Positions 1 through 7,897 of a stretch of DNA of 36,574 nt are shown piece by piece (within the stretch, counting starts at the first letter, position 1; each line of letters starts with the position of its first letter). The stretch is from a virus. Taxonomy: Duplodnaviria > Caudoviricetes. The DNA is taken from positions 1-36,574 of the IMG/VR virus record IMGVR_UViG_3300011116_000453; one strand, given 5' to 3'. The notes beneath the pieces were generated by a model. It searched no databases. It had not been told where the DNA came from and saw nothing but the letters and a program-made list of their open reading frames with translations. The position numbers were made by a program, and so were the translations under genes.

Positions 1-428
1 ACATAATCACCAACAAGCCCATCAAGATCACCAGGATCAAACTTATCATTATCATGATTCTTTTTAGCAGCAGCAAAAATATTTTTCCAATTAATAGACT
101 TCTTTGGATATGGTCCGCCAATAACATCCTTGTCAAGAGCGATAAGTGCTAGAATATCATTCGGATCGTATGAAATATCCGAATCGATAAACAAAAGATG
201 TGTGAAGCCAGACCGAAGAAATTCGTCTACTAAATAGTTACGAGCGCGAGTGATCAAAGATTCATTAAACAAAAAGGAAAATCTAATTTCAATACCATGT
301 TTCTGGCAAATGCCCTGTAAATCAAGAGCAGCTTTTGTGTACATTCCGTGGCAGTTTCCTCCATACATCGGAGTGCAAACAAATAACTTACACTTTCTTA
401 GGTCTTCAACTTTAATACTCAGTTCCAT
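1..428 (-). CDS. GT-A fold (GT2-like) glycosyltransferase, partial (runs off the left edge; not in the ORF track)
   Basis: Manual translation from ATG at 428 gives MELSIKVEDLRKCKLFVCTPMYGG...NESLITRARNYLVDEFL..FTHLLFIDSDI, which has a DxD motif. SD GAGGAG lies 9 nt upstream. Confidence 0.8.
   Translation of the reverse strand, partial: MELSIKVEDLRKCKLFVCTPMYGGNCHGMYTKAALDLQGICQKHGIEIRFSFLFNESLITRARNYLVDEFLRSGFTHLLFIDSDISYDPNDILALIALDKDVIGGPYPKKSINWKNIFAAAKKNHDNDKFDPGDLDGLVGDY
229..236 (+). promoter_or_regulatory. Candidate late promoter (ACTAAATA) for the Hef-like gene, inside the glycosyltransferase gene
   Basis: Same ACTAAATAG string as upstream of the other plus-strand endonuclease (17085). 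The motif is short and could be chance. Confidence 0.35.
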
Positions 429-446
429 ATTGGAGTGCTCCTCATT

Positions 447-2075
447 ATGAATGTCAAAAAATATATTCTAGATCAGTGTTTCACCAAAAAAGGTAGTCTT
501 AATAATCGGTCATGTCTCTTATCGTGGTGGGCCAACAGAGGTGACATTAATATATATAACACAATCATAGACGATACAAAATTCTTACCAATTGATTGCC
601 TTTACTCTGAAAGACTTTATTCTATTACACATGATATACCAAATAGACCTACTTGTCAAGTCTGTAAGGTTGCTTTCGTAAAATTCAATTCATATAAAGA
701 AGGATATTATCGATATTGTTCCACATTCTGCTCAACACAATCTATGGATAGAAACGATAAAATATCTAAAAGTCGTCAAAGCATAGACAAAAAAAAGATG
801 GTTGAAAAGATGGTAGCCACTAACATGAGTCGCTATGGAGTAAAATTTACTACACAGGACGTATCGATACAGAAAAAAACACGAAAAACAAAACTCGAAA
901 GATATGGAAATGAAACATATAACAATCTAGATAAAGCAAAGGAAACAAATCTGGCTAAATATGGAACTGAATATACATGTCTAGCCGAATCTGTGATGGC
1001 CAAGTCAAAAGATACTATAATGAATCGAACTCCTCAACTATTTGATCCCGACTGGCTAATACACAATAATAAAACGAAAACCCTGAGCGAAATGTCATCC
1101 GAATTGGGTGTTACATATAGAACTGTCTGGTTAGCATTTGATATGTTAGGATTAGAACCTATATTCTATAGACCAAAATATAATAGAATCGAGATGGATA
1201 TTTACAATTTCATAACAAAGGAACTGGAATATACAGATGATGTTAGAAAAAATGACAGGACAATCATAGGTCCAAAAGAACTTGATATATATATTCCTGA
1301 TAAGAATCTGAGTATCGAGTTGAACGGCATCTATTGGCACTCATATGATAGCAGGCCCACTTCTGTAGAGAAAAATCGGCATCTGCATAAAAGAAACTTG
1401 TGTATAGAAAAGAACATAAAACTACTCCAGATATGGGACACTGAATGGATAGAAAAGAATCATATCATAAAGGATATTATTCGCAGATCATTGGGTCTAT
1501 CTAAAAGAGTCATATATGCTAGAAATACTTTTGTTCGACATGTCACATCCGAAGCATCAAATAAGTTTCTGCTCGACAATCATATTCAGTCTGGAAAAAA
1601 TGCACGATATCGATATGGGCTTTACACAAAAGAAGATGAACTTGTATCCATAATGACTTTTTCCCGACCAAGATTCGACACTAATACCGATTATGAAATG
1701 ATCCGATTCTGTTCCAAAAGTAATATTCATATAATAGGCGGTATCAAAAAACTGTATGCAGCATTTATCAAAGAGATTCAGCCAAATTCTGTAATATCAT
1801 ATTCGGATCGCCGGTTCTTTGCTGGTGAATCTTATATGAAACTGGGATTTGAGAAATCCACTCGATCAGATACAACGATAGATTATTTCTGGGTGAAGAA
1901 CAATCGAATTATAAATCGTCTGAATACACAAAAACACAAATTATCGGCACTATTAGGAAACACAAACTTTGATGTGTTGTTGTCTGAAGACGAAAATCTA
2001 TTCAAGAATGGATATAGAAAATTATATGGTTGTGGTCATGACACTTGGATATACAGAAAAAAAGGGGAGCAATGA
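447..2075 (+). CDS. Hef-like homing endonuclease: Zn-ribbon, T-x-x-x-(R/K)-YG repeats, Vsr/DUF559-like nuclease, C-terminal Mom/GNAT-like domain
   Basis: Contains CQVC..YCSTFC, the repeats TNMSRYG/TKLERYG/TNLAKYG, ELDIYIPDKNLSIELNGIYWH, and YEMIRFCS..ISYSDRRF..SYMKLGF. Orientation is opposite to its neighbours. ATG 447 is preferred over the track start at 435. Confidence 0.75.
   Translation: MNVKKYILDQCFTKKGSLNNRSCLLSWWANRGDINIYNTIIDDTKFLPIDCLYSERLYSITHDIPNRPTCQVCKVAFVKFNSYKEGYYRYCSTFCSTQSMDRNDKISKSRQSIDKKKMVEKMVATNMSRYGVKFTTQDVSIQKKTRKTKLERYGNETYNNLDKAKETNLAKYGTEYTCLAESVMAKSKDTIMNRTPQLFDPDWLIHNNKTKTLSEMSSELGVTYRTVWLAFDMLGLEPIFYRPKYNRIEMDIYNFITKELEYTDDVRKNDRTIIGPKELDIYIPDKNLSIELNGIYWHSYDSRPTSVEKNRHLHKRNLCIEKNIKLLQIWDTEWIEKNHIIKDIIRRSLGLSKRVIYARNTFVRHVTSEASNKFLLDNHIQSGKNARYRYGLYTKEDELVSIMTFSRPRFDTNTDYEMIRFCSKSNIHIIGGIKKLYAAFIKEIQPNSVISYSDRRFFAGESYMKLGFEKSTRSDTTIDYFWVKNNRIINRLNTQKHKLSALLGNTNFDVLLSEDENLFKNGYRKLYGCGHDTWIYRKKGEQ
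631..659 (-). promoter_or_regulatory. Candidate sigma70 promoter inside the Hef-like gene, facing the glycosyltransferase
   Basis: TTGACA (659-654), 17-bp spacer, TATCAT (636-631). Confidence 0.45.
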
Positions 2076-2086
2076 AGCTCCCCTTT
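2057..2086 (-). terminator. Intrinsic terminator after the tandem HTH gene (possibly bidirectional)
   Basis: On the minus strand: GGGGAGC-ttcatt-GCTCCCC followed by T7. Confidence 0.85.
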
Positions 2087-2107
2087 CTTGTCGCACATTA
2101 GAAAATA

Positions 2108-2542
2108 TTACGCCGCGATGCGGTACAACATCTTCCGCACACCATTTACAATGCGAACATTGCTATAGATGGTATGACCTTCAACATTACGAAGATCGGA
2201 AATGCGCTTATGCACAGTTTCCTTCGTGACATTAGCTAGCTGGGCCAGCTTCGCTACACTAATACCCGAACCAGTGTTATACTGGCGAAGATACTTTGCA
2301 ACACGAGAAAGCGCTGTGGACTGCTTCTTATTCGTATCAAAGCGATAATAAAGCTTCCGCTTTCCCTTTACAGTACGATAGTTGCTGTAAATATCATGAC
2401 CCTCAATAGTGCGAAGATCAAAAACACGCTTTGCGACCGATTCGACAGGCATGCCAGTCAAATAAGCCAGCTTAACAGCCGAGATACCCTTGCCGGTATT
2501 ATTACGGCGAAGATACTTGGCAACACGAGTAAGTTGAGACAT
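2108..2542 (-). CDS. Tandem-duplicated winged helix-turn-helix nucleic-acid-binding protein
   Basis: Two ~68-aa repeats (L.RVAKYLR..NTG.GIS..KLA.L.....V.KR..DLR..EGH.IYSN.R.V.G.RK..YR). Very basic. SD AGGAG upstream. Confidence 0.75.
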   Translation of the reverse strand: MSQLTRVAKYLRRNNTGKGISAVKLAYLTGMPVESVAKRVFDLRTIEGHDIYSNYRTVKGKRKLYYRFDTNKKQSTALSRVAKYLRQYNTGSGISVAKLAQLANVTKETVHKRISDLRNVEGHTIYSNVRIVNGVRKMLYRIAA

Positions 2543-2561
2543 TCAGTTTTTCTCCTAGATT

Positions 2562-2618
2562 AGCCGCTGTATGATTGATGATACAAGAAGATGACCAGCG
2601 GCTTAATTCATCATCTTC
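2562..2618 (-). promoter_or_regulatory. Predicted H-type pseudoknot in the 5' UTR
   Basis: Two interleaved perfect 8-bp stems: 2611-2618 with 2587-2594, and 2596-2603 with 2562-2569. Confidence 0.55.
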
Positions 2619-2622
2619 AAGT

Positions 2623-2651
2623 ATTATAGCATGGTTTTTAGACCATGTCAA
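2623..2651 (-). promoter_or_regulatory. Consensus sigma70 early promoter
   Basis: TTGACA-17-TATAAT with an extended TG. The inverted repeat CATGGT-N6-ACCATG (2630-2647) overlaps the spacer. Confidence 0.85.
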
Positions 2652-2716
2652 TAGGGTTTTACGACTGGACACTCATTCCGTCGGGAGAGGGCATAATAGC
2701 GGATGTCGGCATGCCG

Positions 2717-3916
2717 TCACCGCGGAAGAGTCCTGGATGTCGGCACTTCTACAGGAATAGGTGCAATAGTTTCATCAAGTTTCTTATAAAGATCCATGAA
2801 AGCAGTCTTAGTATCAACATCAAATCGATTGAGGCAAAGCTGGATTGCTTTTTCACGATTCTGCTTGAAGATAGAATATGCTTCACAGATATGGACAAGG
2901 CGCCGTGTCGAAATAATTTCGGAGATAGCGCCCTCAAAGAAAGACTTTCGGACAACATCAGCCCATGACACAAGTTTTTCTGCAAATTCCGTATCTTCAA
3001 TATTGAAAGATGCAAGGACATTTGTCAGAATCTTTTGCTCAACAGACAGTGCAGGATATTCTTGCTCAAGTGTAATACTGAACCGTTCAAGGAAAGCCTC
3101 ATTCATAACATTAGTTCCGATGAAGCGACCATCATCAGAACCCTTGCCCTTAGTGTTAGCAGTAGCAACTACTGTAAAACCTGGCATCGGAGTAATGACT
3201 TTATTAATTTTCTTGAGATAGATCGGTTTGCCTTCAAGGATCGGCTGTAAGCACATAAGCTTATTCGAGCCTAGATCGACTTCATCAAGGAGAAGAACAG
3301 CGCCGCGTTCCATTGCGACAACGACCGGGCCATTCTGCCACACAGTCTTGCCATCAAGAAGTCGGAAACCACCGATCAAATCATCTTCATCCGTTTCGAT
3401 TGTGATATTGACACGAACACACTCGCGGGACTCTTGACTACAGACTTGCTCGACCATCATAGTCTTTCCGTTGCCGGACAAGCCCGTGATATACATCGGA
3501 TAGAATCGACCCGACTTGATAATAGTCCGAACATCAGCAAAATGCCCGAAAGGAACATAACCCTTTGCTTTGTCAGGAACAAGATTGACGGCTGAAGGAA
3601 TATTCAGATTGATAGCAGCAATTGCCATTTCAGCTGAATTGATTGCTGCGGTCGGCACTGTTGGCATAACAGGAGCCAACACACTCTTTACACTCTTTTC
3701 ATTCTTAATCTTAGGACGACCAGAGGCGAGAACATTCACAAGAGAATACATGCCGCGCCCAGCACGAAGATTGGGATCAAGAGTAAGCCAATTCGGATAC
3801 GGAGTCTTTTTCTTAGCACAAACATTTAGGATCTGCTGGCGATCAATTGTCGCTATATCTCCAAGGACTGACTTTACAGCATCAAGGAATACATTGCGGT
3901 CAACAAGCTTAGGCAT
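2717..3916 (-). CDS. cobS: CobS/MoxR-like AAA+ ATPase
   Basis: Walker A GLSGNGKT, Walker B LLLDEVD, ATANT and NEAFLERF. Adjacent to a VWA-domain partner, as in T4-like cyanophages. Confidence 0.85.
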   Translation of the reverse strand: MPKLVDRNVFLDAVKSVLGDIATIDRQQILNVCAKKKTPYPNWLTLDPNLRAGRGMYSLVNVLASGRPKIKNEKSVKSVLAPVMPTVPTAAINSAEMAIAAINLNIPSAVNLVPDKAKGYVPFGHFADVRTIIKSGRFYPMYITGLSGNGKTMMVEQVCSQESRECVRVNITIETDEDDLIGGFRLLDGKTVWQNGPVVVAMERGAVLLLDEVDLGSNKLMCLQPILEGKPIYLKKINKVITPMPGFTVVATANTKGKGSDDGRFIGTNVMNEAFLERFSITLEQEYPALSVEQKILTNVLASFNIEDTEFAEKLVSWADVVRKSFFEGAISEIISTRRLVHICEAYSIFKQNREKAIQLCLNRFDVDTKTAFMDLYKKLDETIAPIPVEVPTSRTLPR

Positions 3917-3949
3917 TTATTTCTCTCTTTCGTTCTTGATTATGTGTAT

Positions 3950-4017
3950 ATTCTAGCATGAATAGCCGAATATGTCAATCATTATTATCGCATAGCTGGT
4001 ATGCTGGATTGCATACC
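3950..4017 (-). promoter_or_regulatory. Early promoter with an upstream GCAT-N7-ATGC operator cassette
   Basis: TTGACA (3978-3973)-17-TAGAAT. GCATAGCTGGTATGC at 3990-4004 and half-site GCATACC at 4011-4017. Confidence 0.75.
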
Positions 4018-4045
4018 GTGTCGCTACTTACAGTTGTGTTCCGTA

Positions 4046-6226
4046 TCATTTGCTATTTCCAGCAATTTTCTTCATGAACCGATTGATAAGAATTCGATTG
4101 ACTGATTTCCTTTCAGAGAATTTCTGGAACTCTTTGGCAATCTTGCTCCGTGTCATGCTTGAATTGACATTCAATTCCGCATCACTATCATCCCGCTTTT
4201 TGGTATTGATTACATAATATTCATCATAACCTTCATTCGGAACATTTACAAACCTATCATTCTTCCATGATGAAGAAATATCTTCTTCATACTTTGCGTT
4301 TTGTAAATCAGGAAAGAATCTATCTTTCATTTTCTTATACTTGAGAGGGCAAAGAAAGAATCCCACAAGATTAGATTTGGTCCGCTCTTTCAGCATATCA
4401 AGCAAGGTTGTAGTGACGGCCCGATAAGAGCAGTAAATGCCGGCATTGCCTTGTACCGAAAGCACATATTCTTTTTTAGTCTTAGTATCTTGGATAATAA
4501 TCTTTGATCCTTTCCGATAACTTTCACTCGTTACCTGACTTGAGTACCGAATAGGATCAGAATCGCCGTCAGTAAGGAATACTGTATTGACAATCTGAAC
4601 TTTATTCTTTACACGGAAATCATTAACAATTTTATCCGCAACATAGATAGTCTGATTTAGCGGAGTCGATGACATCGGATCGAGCGCACTATATCCCACA
4701 GACATGGACCAAATATACTTATAAGCACTATTCAGTTCTACGGTATTCATCCGTGATGAAAGAATATTCCGTAACTTGAAATTATCAAACACATTATGAT
4801 TACCAGATTTAGGTGTGAAACACTGCCCAGTTACTGATACATTATGTGTCGGAACACGGAACAAATACACTTCGAAAGGTATCTGAACCCGCTTACAAAA
4901 CATAGTAAGGCTCATAAGTTGCTTGATTGTATACCGCAAATTAGCAGTCATTGATCCTGACCAATCAAGGAAAATAACAAAGCCGTGATTTTTACCCTGG
5001 GGGACAACAGAAAGCTTGCGGAAGATATCTTCATTATACTTATAAGAGTGGAGTTTATTCGTATCGATTGTTCCAGTCTTTGCAATTGAAATGCGCGAAT
5101 ATATATCAGCAGATTTTCGCATCTCGAATTCTTTGGCCATATATGACACAGTTGGATTTTCATCCGACATAATCTTTTTGATCATATCAGCGATATTTAT
5201 CTGAGAACTTAATTCTTTTTTGCTGAACTCAATAGCATGTTGGGCCAATACTTTTTTATAATCATCAATGATGTTTTCATAATTAGGAGTGGGCAGATCG
5301 ATATAAATATAATTCACATCACTATTAGAAAGAATCGTTGATTGATTTTCTTCCCAAGCATTATCAGTTTCAGAGTTAGGAACGAACTCATCATCTTTTT
5401 CATCAGCATCTGGATCAAATAAATTTTTGGTGTCTTCACCAGACTCTTCACCATCATCATCTTCCAATGACATCTCTTCAGTATCAGTTTCTTCTTCCGA
5501 AGCTTCGCTATCAGCATCTTCTTCATAGAAGTCATCTTCGGCTTCCGTTGTGCCCTCATCACTATCATTAGATGAAGAATCTTTTTCTGATTCTTTTTCC
5601 GATTCTTTTTGCTTTTCACCCTGAGCCTTTGCCCAAGCATAAATTTCTTCGGTCAAATCAATGACTTGTTGGAATGTTTCAGTTTCTCCAACGCGATTTA
5701 CAAAAACACGCTCTTCAGGAGAAAATGAAATATTAGAATGAATTGAACCACCTTTATAGTAGATATTGAGTCGATCAATAAAGGACAATGTATTGACATC
5801 TTTCTTTGAAGTGCCAAAGAAATCTCGGCCAATCAGTTCTTTATATCCGATAAGATAATTGCGGCGCGAACCAGGATAACGGCGTTTCTGCCGCTTATCA
5901 ATTCGAGCATCCTCAATAACATTCATAAAACTCTTGATAGCAGATGAATATTTCTTGCTATCATCACCATGAAGCTTCTTGGCAATATTCTTGATAGTAT
6001 CAAGCCAGGCTTCACAAGGAGTATCAAGAGCATGACCAACTTCATGGACGATAAGCATGTCCCGGAGATCATCACTAATTCCTTTCCATACAGGAAGGAC
6101 AAGGACTCGGTTCTTAACATCGAATGAAGCAGTCTTGGCTGAAGGCGACTGCCGTATATCAATATTTTCCGTAGCAAGCAACTTGGCTAGCTGGGATTTC
6201 GTTTCAGGTTCTTTGGTCATAAGCAT
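4046..6226 (-). CDS. CobT-like protein: N-terminal HEXXH metallopeptidase-like domain, acidic linker, VWA domain
   Basis: HEVGH..N..ED.RI, a long D/E-rich linker, and MIDAS motifs DWSGSM...STPL...LTDG. Confidence 0.8.
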   Translation of the reverse strand: MLMTKEPETKSQLAKLLATENIDIRQSPSAKTASFDVKNRVLVLPVWKGISDDLRDMLIVHEVGHALDTPCEAWLDTIKNIAKKLHGDDSKKYSSAIKSFMNVIEDARIDKRQKRRYPGSRRNYLIGYKELIGRDFFGTSKKDVNTLSFIDRLNIYYKGGSIHSNISFSPEERVFVNRVGETETFQQVIDLTEEIYAWAKAQGEKQKESEKESEKDSSSNDSDEGTTEAEDDFYEEDADSEASEEETDTEEMSLEDDDGEESGEDTKNLFDPDADEKDDEFVPNSETDNAWEENQSTILSNSDVNYIYIDLPTPNYENIIDDYKKVLAQHAIEFSKKELSSQINIADMIKKIMSDENPTVSYMAKEFEMRKSADIYSRISIAKTGTIDTNKLHSYKYNEDIFRKLSVVPQGKNHGFVIFLDWSGSMTANLRYTIKQLMSLTMFCKRVQIPFEVYLFRVPTHNVSVTGQCFTPKSGNHNVFDNFKLRNILSSRMNTVELNSAYKYIWSMSVGYSALDPMSSTPLNQTIYVADKIVNDFRVKNKVQIVNTVFLTDGDSDPIRYSSQVTSESYRKGSKIIIQDTKTKKEYVLSVQGNAGIYCSYRAVTTTLLDMLKERTKSNLVGFFLCPLKYKKMKDRFFPDLQNAKYEEDISSSWKNDRFVNVPNEGYDEYYVINTKKRDDSDAELNVNSSMTRSKIAKEFQKFSERKSVNRILINRFMKKIAGNSK

Positions 6227-6262
6227 ATATTCTTGTCCCGTCTTTATCTTGATTATGACTAT

Positions 6263-6329
6263 ATCATATCAGATTGGTGGGCATCCACAAGAGATATTAT
6301 TGCATACCTGCTATGCAGGAACGCATAGC
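6263..6329 (-). promoter_or_regulatory. Early promoter with an upstream GCAT-N7-ATGC operator cassette
   Basis: TTGTGG (6290-6285)-16-TATGAT with an extended TG. GCATACCTGCTATGC at 6302-6316 and half-site GCATAGC at 6323-6329. Confidence 0.65.
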
Positions 6330-6338
6330 TTATTGAAA

Positions 6339-6579
6339 TTATTTGATAATTTCCTTCATTTTTTCATCGGTAATTCCGCGTCCATAGGAATATGATTAAT
6401 CATATTCCGGAATATGATTTTGCCATTCTGATTTTATCTTGGGAAAAGGTGACTATAGCTCCTGTGTCTAGTGCCACAGTCCACCAGTAATCATCAACAC
6501 CAGTTTCAATTAAAATAGCATATCCTCGTCCTAAAGGAGTTTCGACCAATATAGATTCATTAAGTTGTATTGTGTTCAT
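6339..6579 (-). pseudogene. Small phage protein truncated by a 22-bp palindromic insertion (59 aa now, 72 aa if restored)
   Basis: Reads MNTIQLNESILVETPLGRGYAILIETGVDDYWWTVALDTGAIVTFSQDKIRMAKSYS then GI*. Removing 22 bp gives ...SYSYGRGITDEKMKEIIK*. Confidence 0.55.
6387..6419. repeat. Inverted triplication X-X'-X of GGAATATGATT (two overlapping perfect 22-bp palindromes)
   Basis: ggaatatgatt aatcatattcc ggaatatgatt read directly from the sequence. Confidence 0.95.
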
Positions 6580-6586
6580 TTGTATT

Positions 6587-7495
6587 TCATCCTTTATAAT
6601 TATTAACTAATTTCATACCATAATTATTGACTTTAGGAAACTTGCTTATATCGATGCCGGGTTTGAACCGAAGAGCAGTGGCCTTGAAAGAATCATAATT
6701 GACATAATGGTGCCAACGATCATATTTCCATACCATTCGTGCAACATCAGGATGCATATCAACAAGCATTTGAGATTTATTGATAGTGCCGACAGGATTC
6801 AATGTGCCATCTCGCCATTTTTCTTTTTCTAGATTACCTTCTTTATGATAAAATTCTTCTGTATTTCCACCCTTGACTGTTTGTGTCGCTGCTTTACCTT
6901 GAAGAAAAGCATTGAATTGAATCGTGCAATCACCGTCTTTTAATACTCGGAGACAAATATCTGTATCTTCATTATATCTACCGCGCCAACGATGCTTACA
7001 TTTATTATCAATCAGAAGTGTAGAATATATTCGTGTATTAGTTACGAATGGTGGATATGATTGATTGGGTGCAATGAAGAATCTATATTGAAATCCAGAG
7101 ATAGGCACATTTTCGTATCTATCAATGAAATCTTCCGCAGCTTTGAATATCACACCAGATTCAACACGAATTCGTAGATTTTGATGAAGCCGATAAAAGT
7201 CTGAGATATTATCATCTAGCACCCAATGTTTTTCAGCGCCGATAGATATTGCATGATCCCAGCACCAATTTCGCGCACGGCCAGGTCCATCACCATGATT
7301 ACTAAATGGTGCAATTAGCAATGTTACATAATCACGGATATTGAAATTATCTAATGCTGCTTCATAATTGTTTTCATCTTGAGGTTCAATAGTAATATAA
7401 TGAGGCACCTTCATCCTTGAGAGTGATCTTGAAGTGATCATCGTTTCATGACGACCTTTCGAAATGATATAAACTGGACTTTTTGGATTTGTCAT
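6587..7495 (-). CDS. TET-associated/GREB1-like glycosyltransferase (candidate DNA base modification)
   Basis: PVYIISKGR, ARNWCWDH, HWVLDDN, RWRGRYNEDTD..LRVL and KGGN motifs. Confidence 0.7.
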   Translation of the reverse strand: MTNPKSPVYIISKGRHETMITSRSLSRMKVPHYITIEPQDENNYEAALDNFNIRDYVTLLIAPFSNHGDGPGRARNWCWDHAISIGAEKHWVLDDNISDFYRLHQNLRIRVESGVIFKAAEDFIDRYENVPISGFQYRFFIAPNQSYPPFVTNTRIYSTLLIDNKCKHRWRGRYNEDTDICLRVLKDGDCTIQFNAFLQGKAATQTVKGGNTEEFYHKEGNLEKEKWRDGTLNPVGTINKSQMLVDMHPDVARMVWKYDRWHHYVNYDSFKATALRFKPGIDISKFPKVNNYGMKLVNNYKG

Positions 7496-7836
7496 TCTTC
7501 AATCCATCTCTTTAGAGAATTAGCATCTCTGTCTAAATGTGGATACCATAAACTTTTTGTTTTATCTGCGATTCGTTGTTCATTATCAATCTTATTATAA
7601 TACATTTCAGAAAACTTATCAAAGTCTTCTTTATTTCTGAAGTGAATATATATTGTCTTGTATGTTGGATTATTCTCTTGTTCGAATTCAGGCATTCCTA
7701 CCCAATGATTCTTTTTTACATTCATATTAAGAATGTCTTCTTCAATGGGAAGACCATGAGACTTAATTGTCTCTTTCTTTCCTACATAGTTATCATAACT
7801 ACTAGTTTCTTTCACTTCTGAAATCTTATCTGCCAT
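7492..7836 (-). CDS. Hypothetical protein coupled to the glycosyltransferase
   Basis: HWVGMPEFEQE..HFRNKEDF..SLWYP. Stop overlaps the downstream start (ATGA). Confidence 0.7.
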   Translation of the reverse strand: MADKISEVKETSSYDNYVGKKETIKSHGLPIEEDILNMNVKKNHWVGMPEFEQENNPTYKTIYIHFRNKEDFDKFSEMYYNKIDNEQRIADKTKSLWYPHLDRDANSLKRWIEE

Positions 7837-7864
7837 AATTATCTCCGCTATATTGTAATGCTAC

Positions 7865-7893
7865 ATTATATACTATATCGATCATAATGTCAA
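7865..7893 (-). promoter_or_regulatory. Consensus sigma70 early promoter
   Basis: TTGACA-17-TATAAT. Confidence 0.85.
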
Positions 7894-7897
7894 TCCT

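Noticed and set aside
2701-2745. 11-bp repeat GGATGTCGGCA at the end of cobS and a short +1-frame extension (FRGDGMPTS...VQS*)
   Set aside because: No recognisable slippery site and only two copies. More likely a small duplication or indel in a variable tail than programmed frameshifting.
2717-3916. Reading cobS as a cobalamin-biosynthesis auxiliary gene
   Set aside because: There is no CobN or other cob gene in the window. The name reflects family similarity only.
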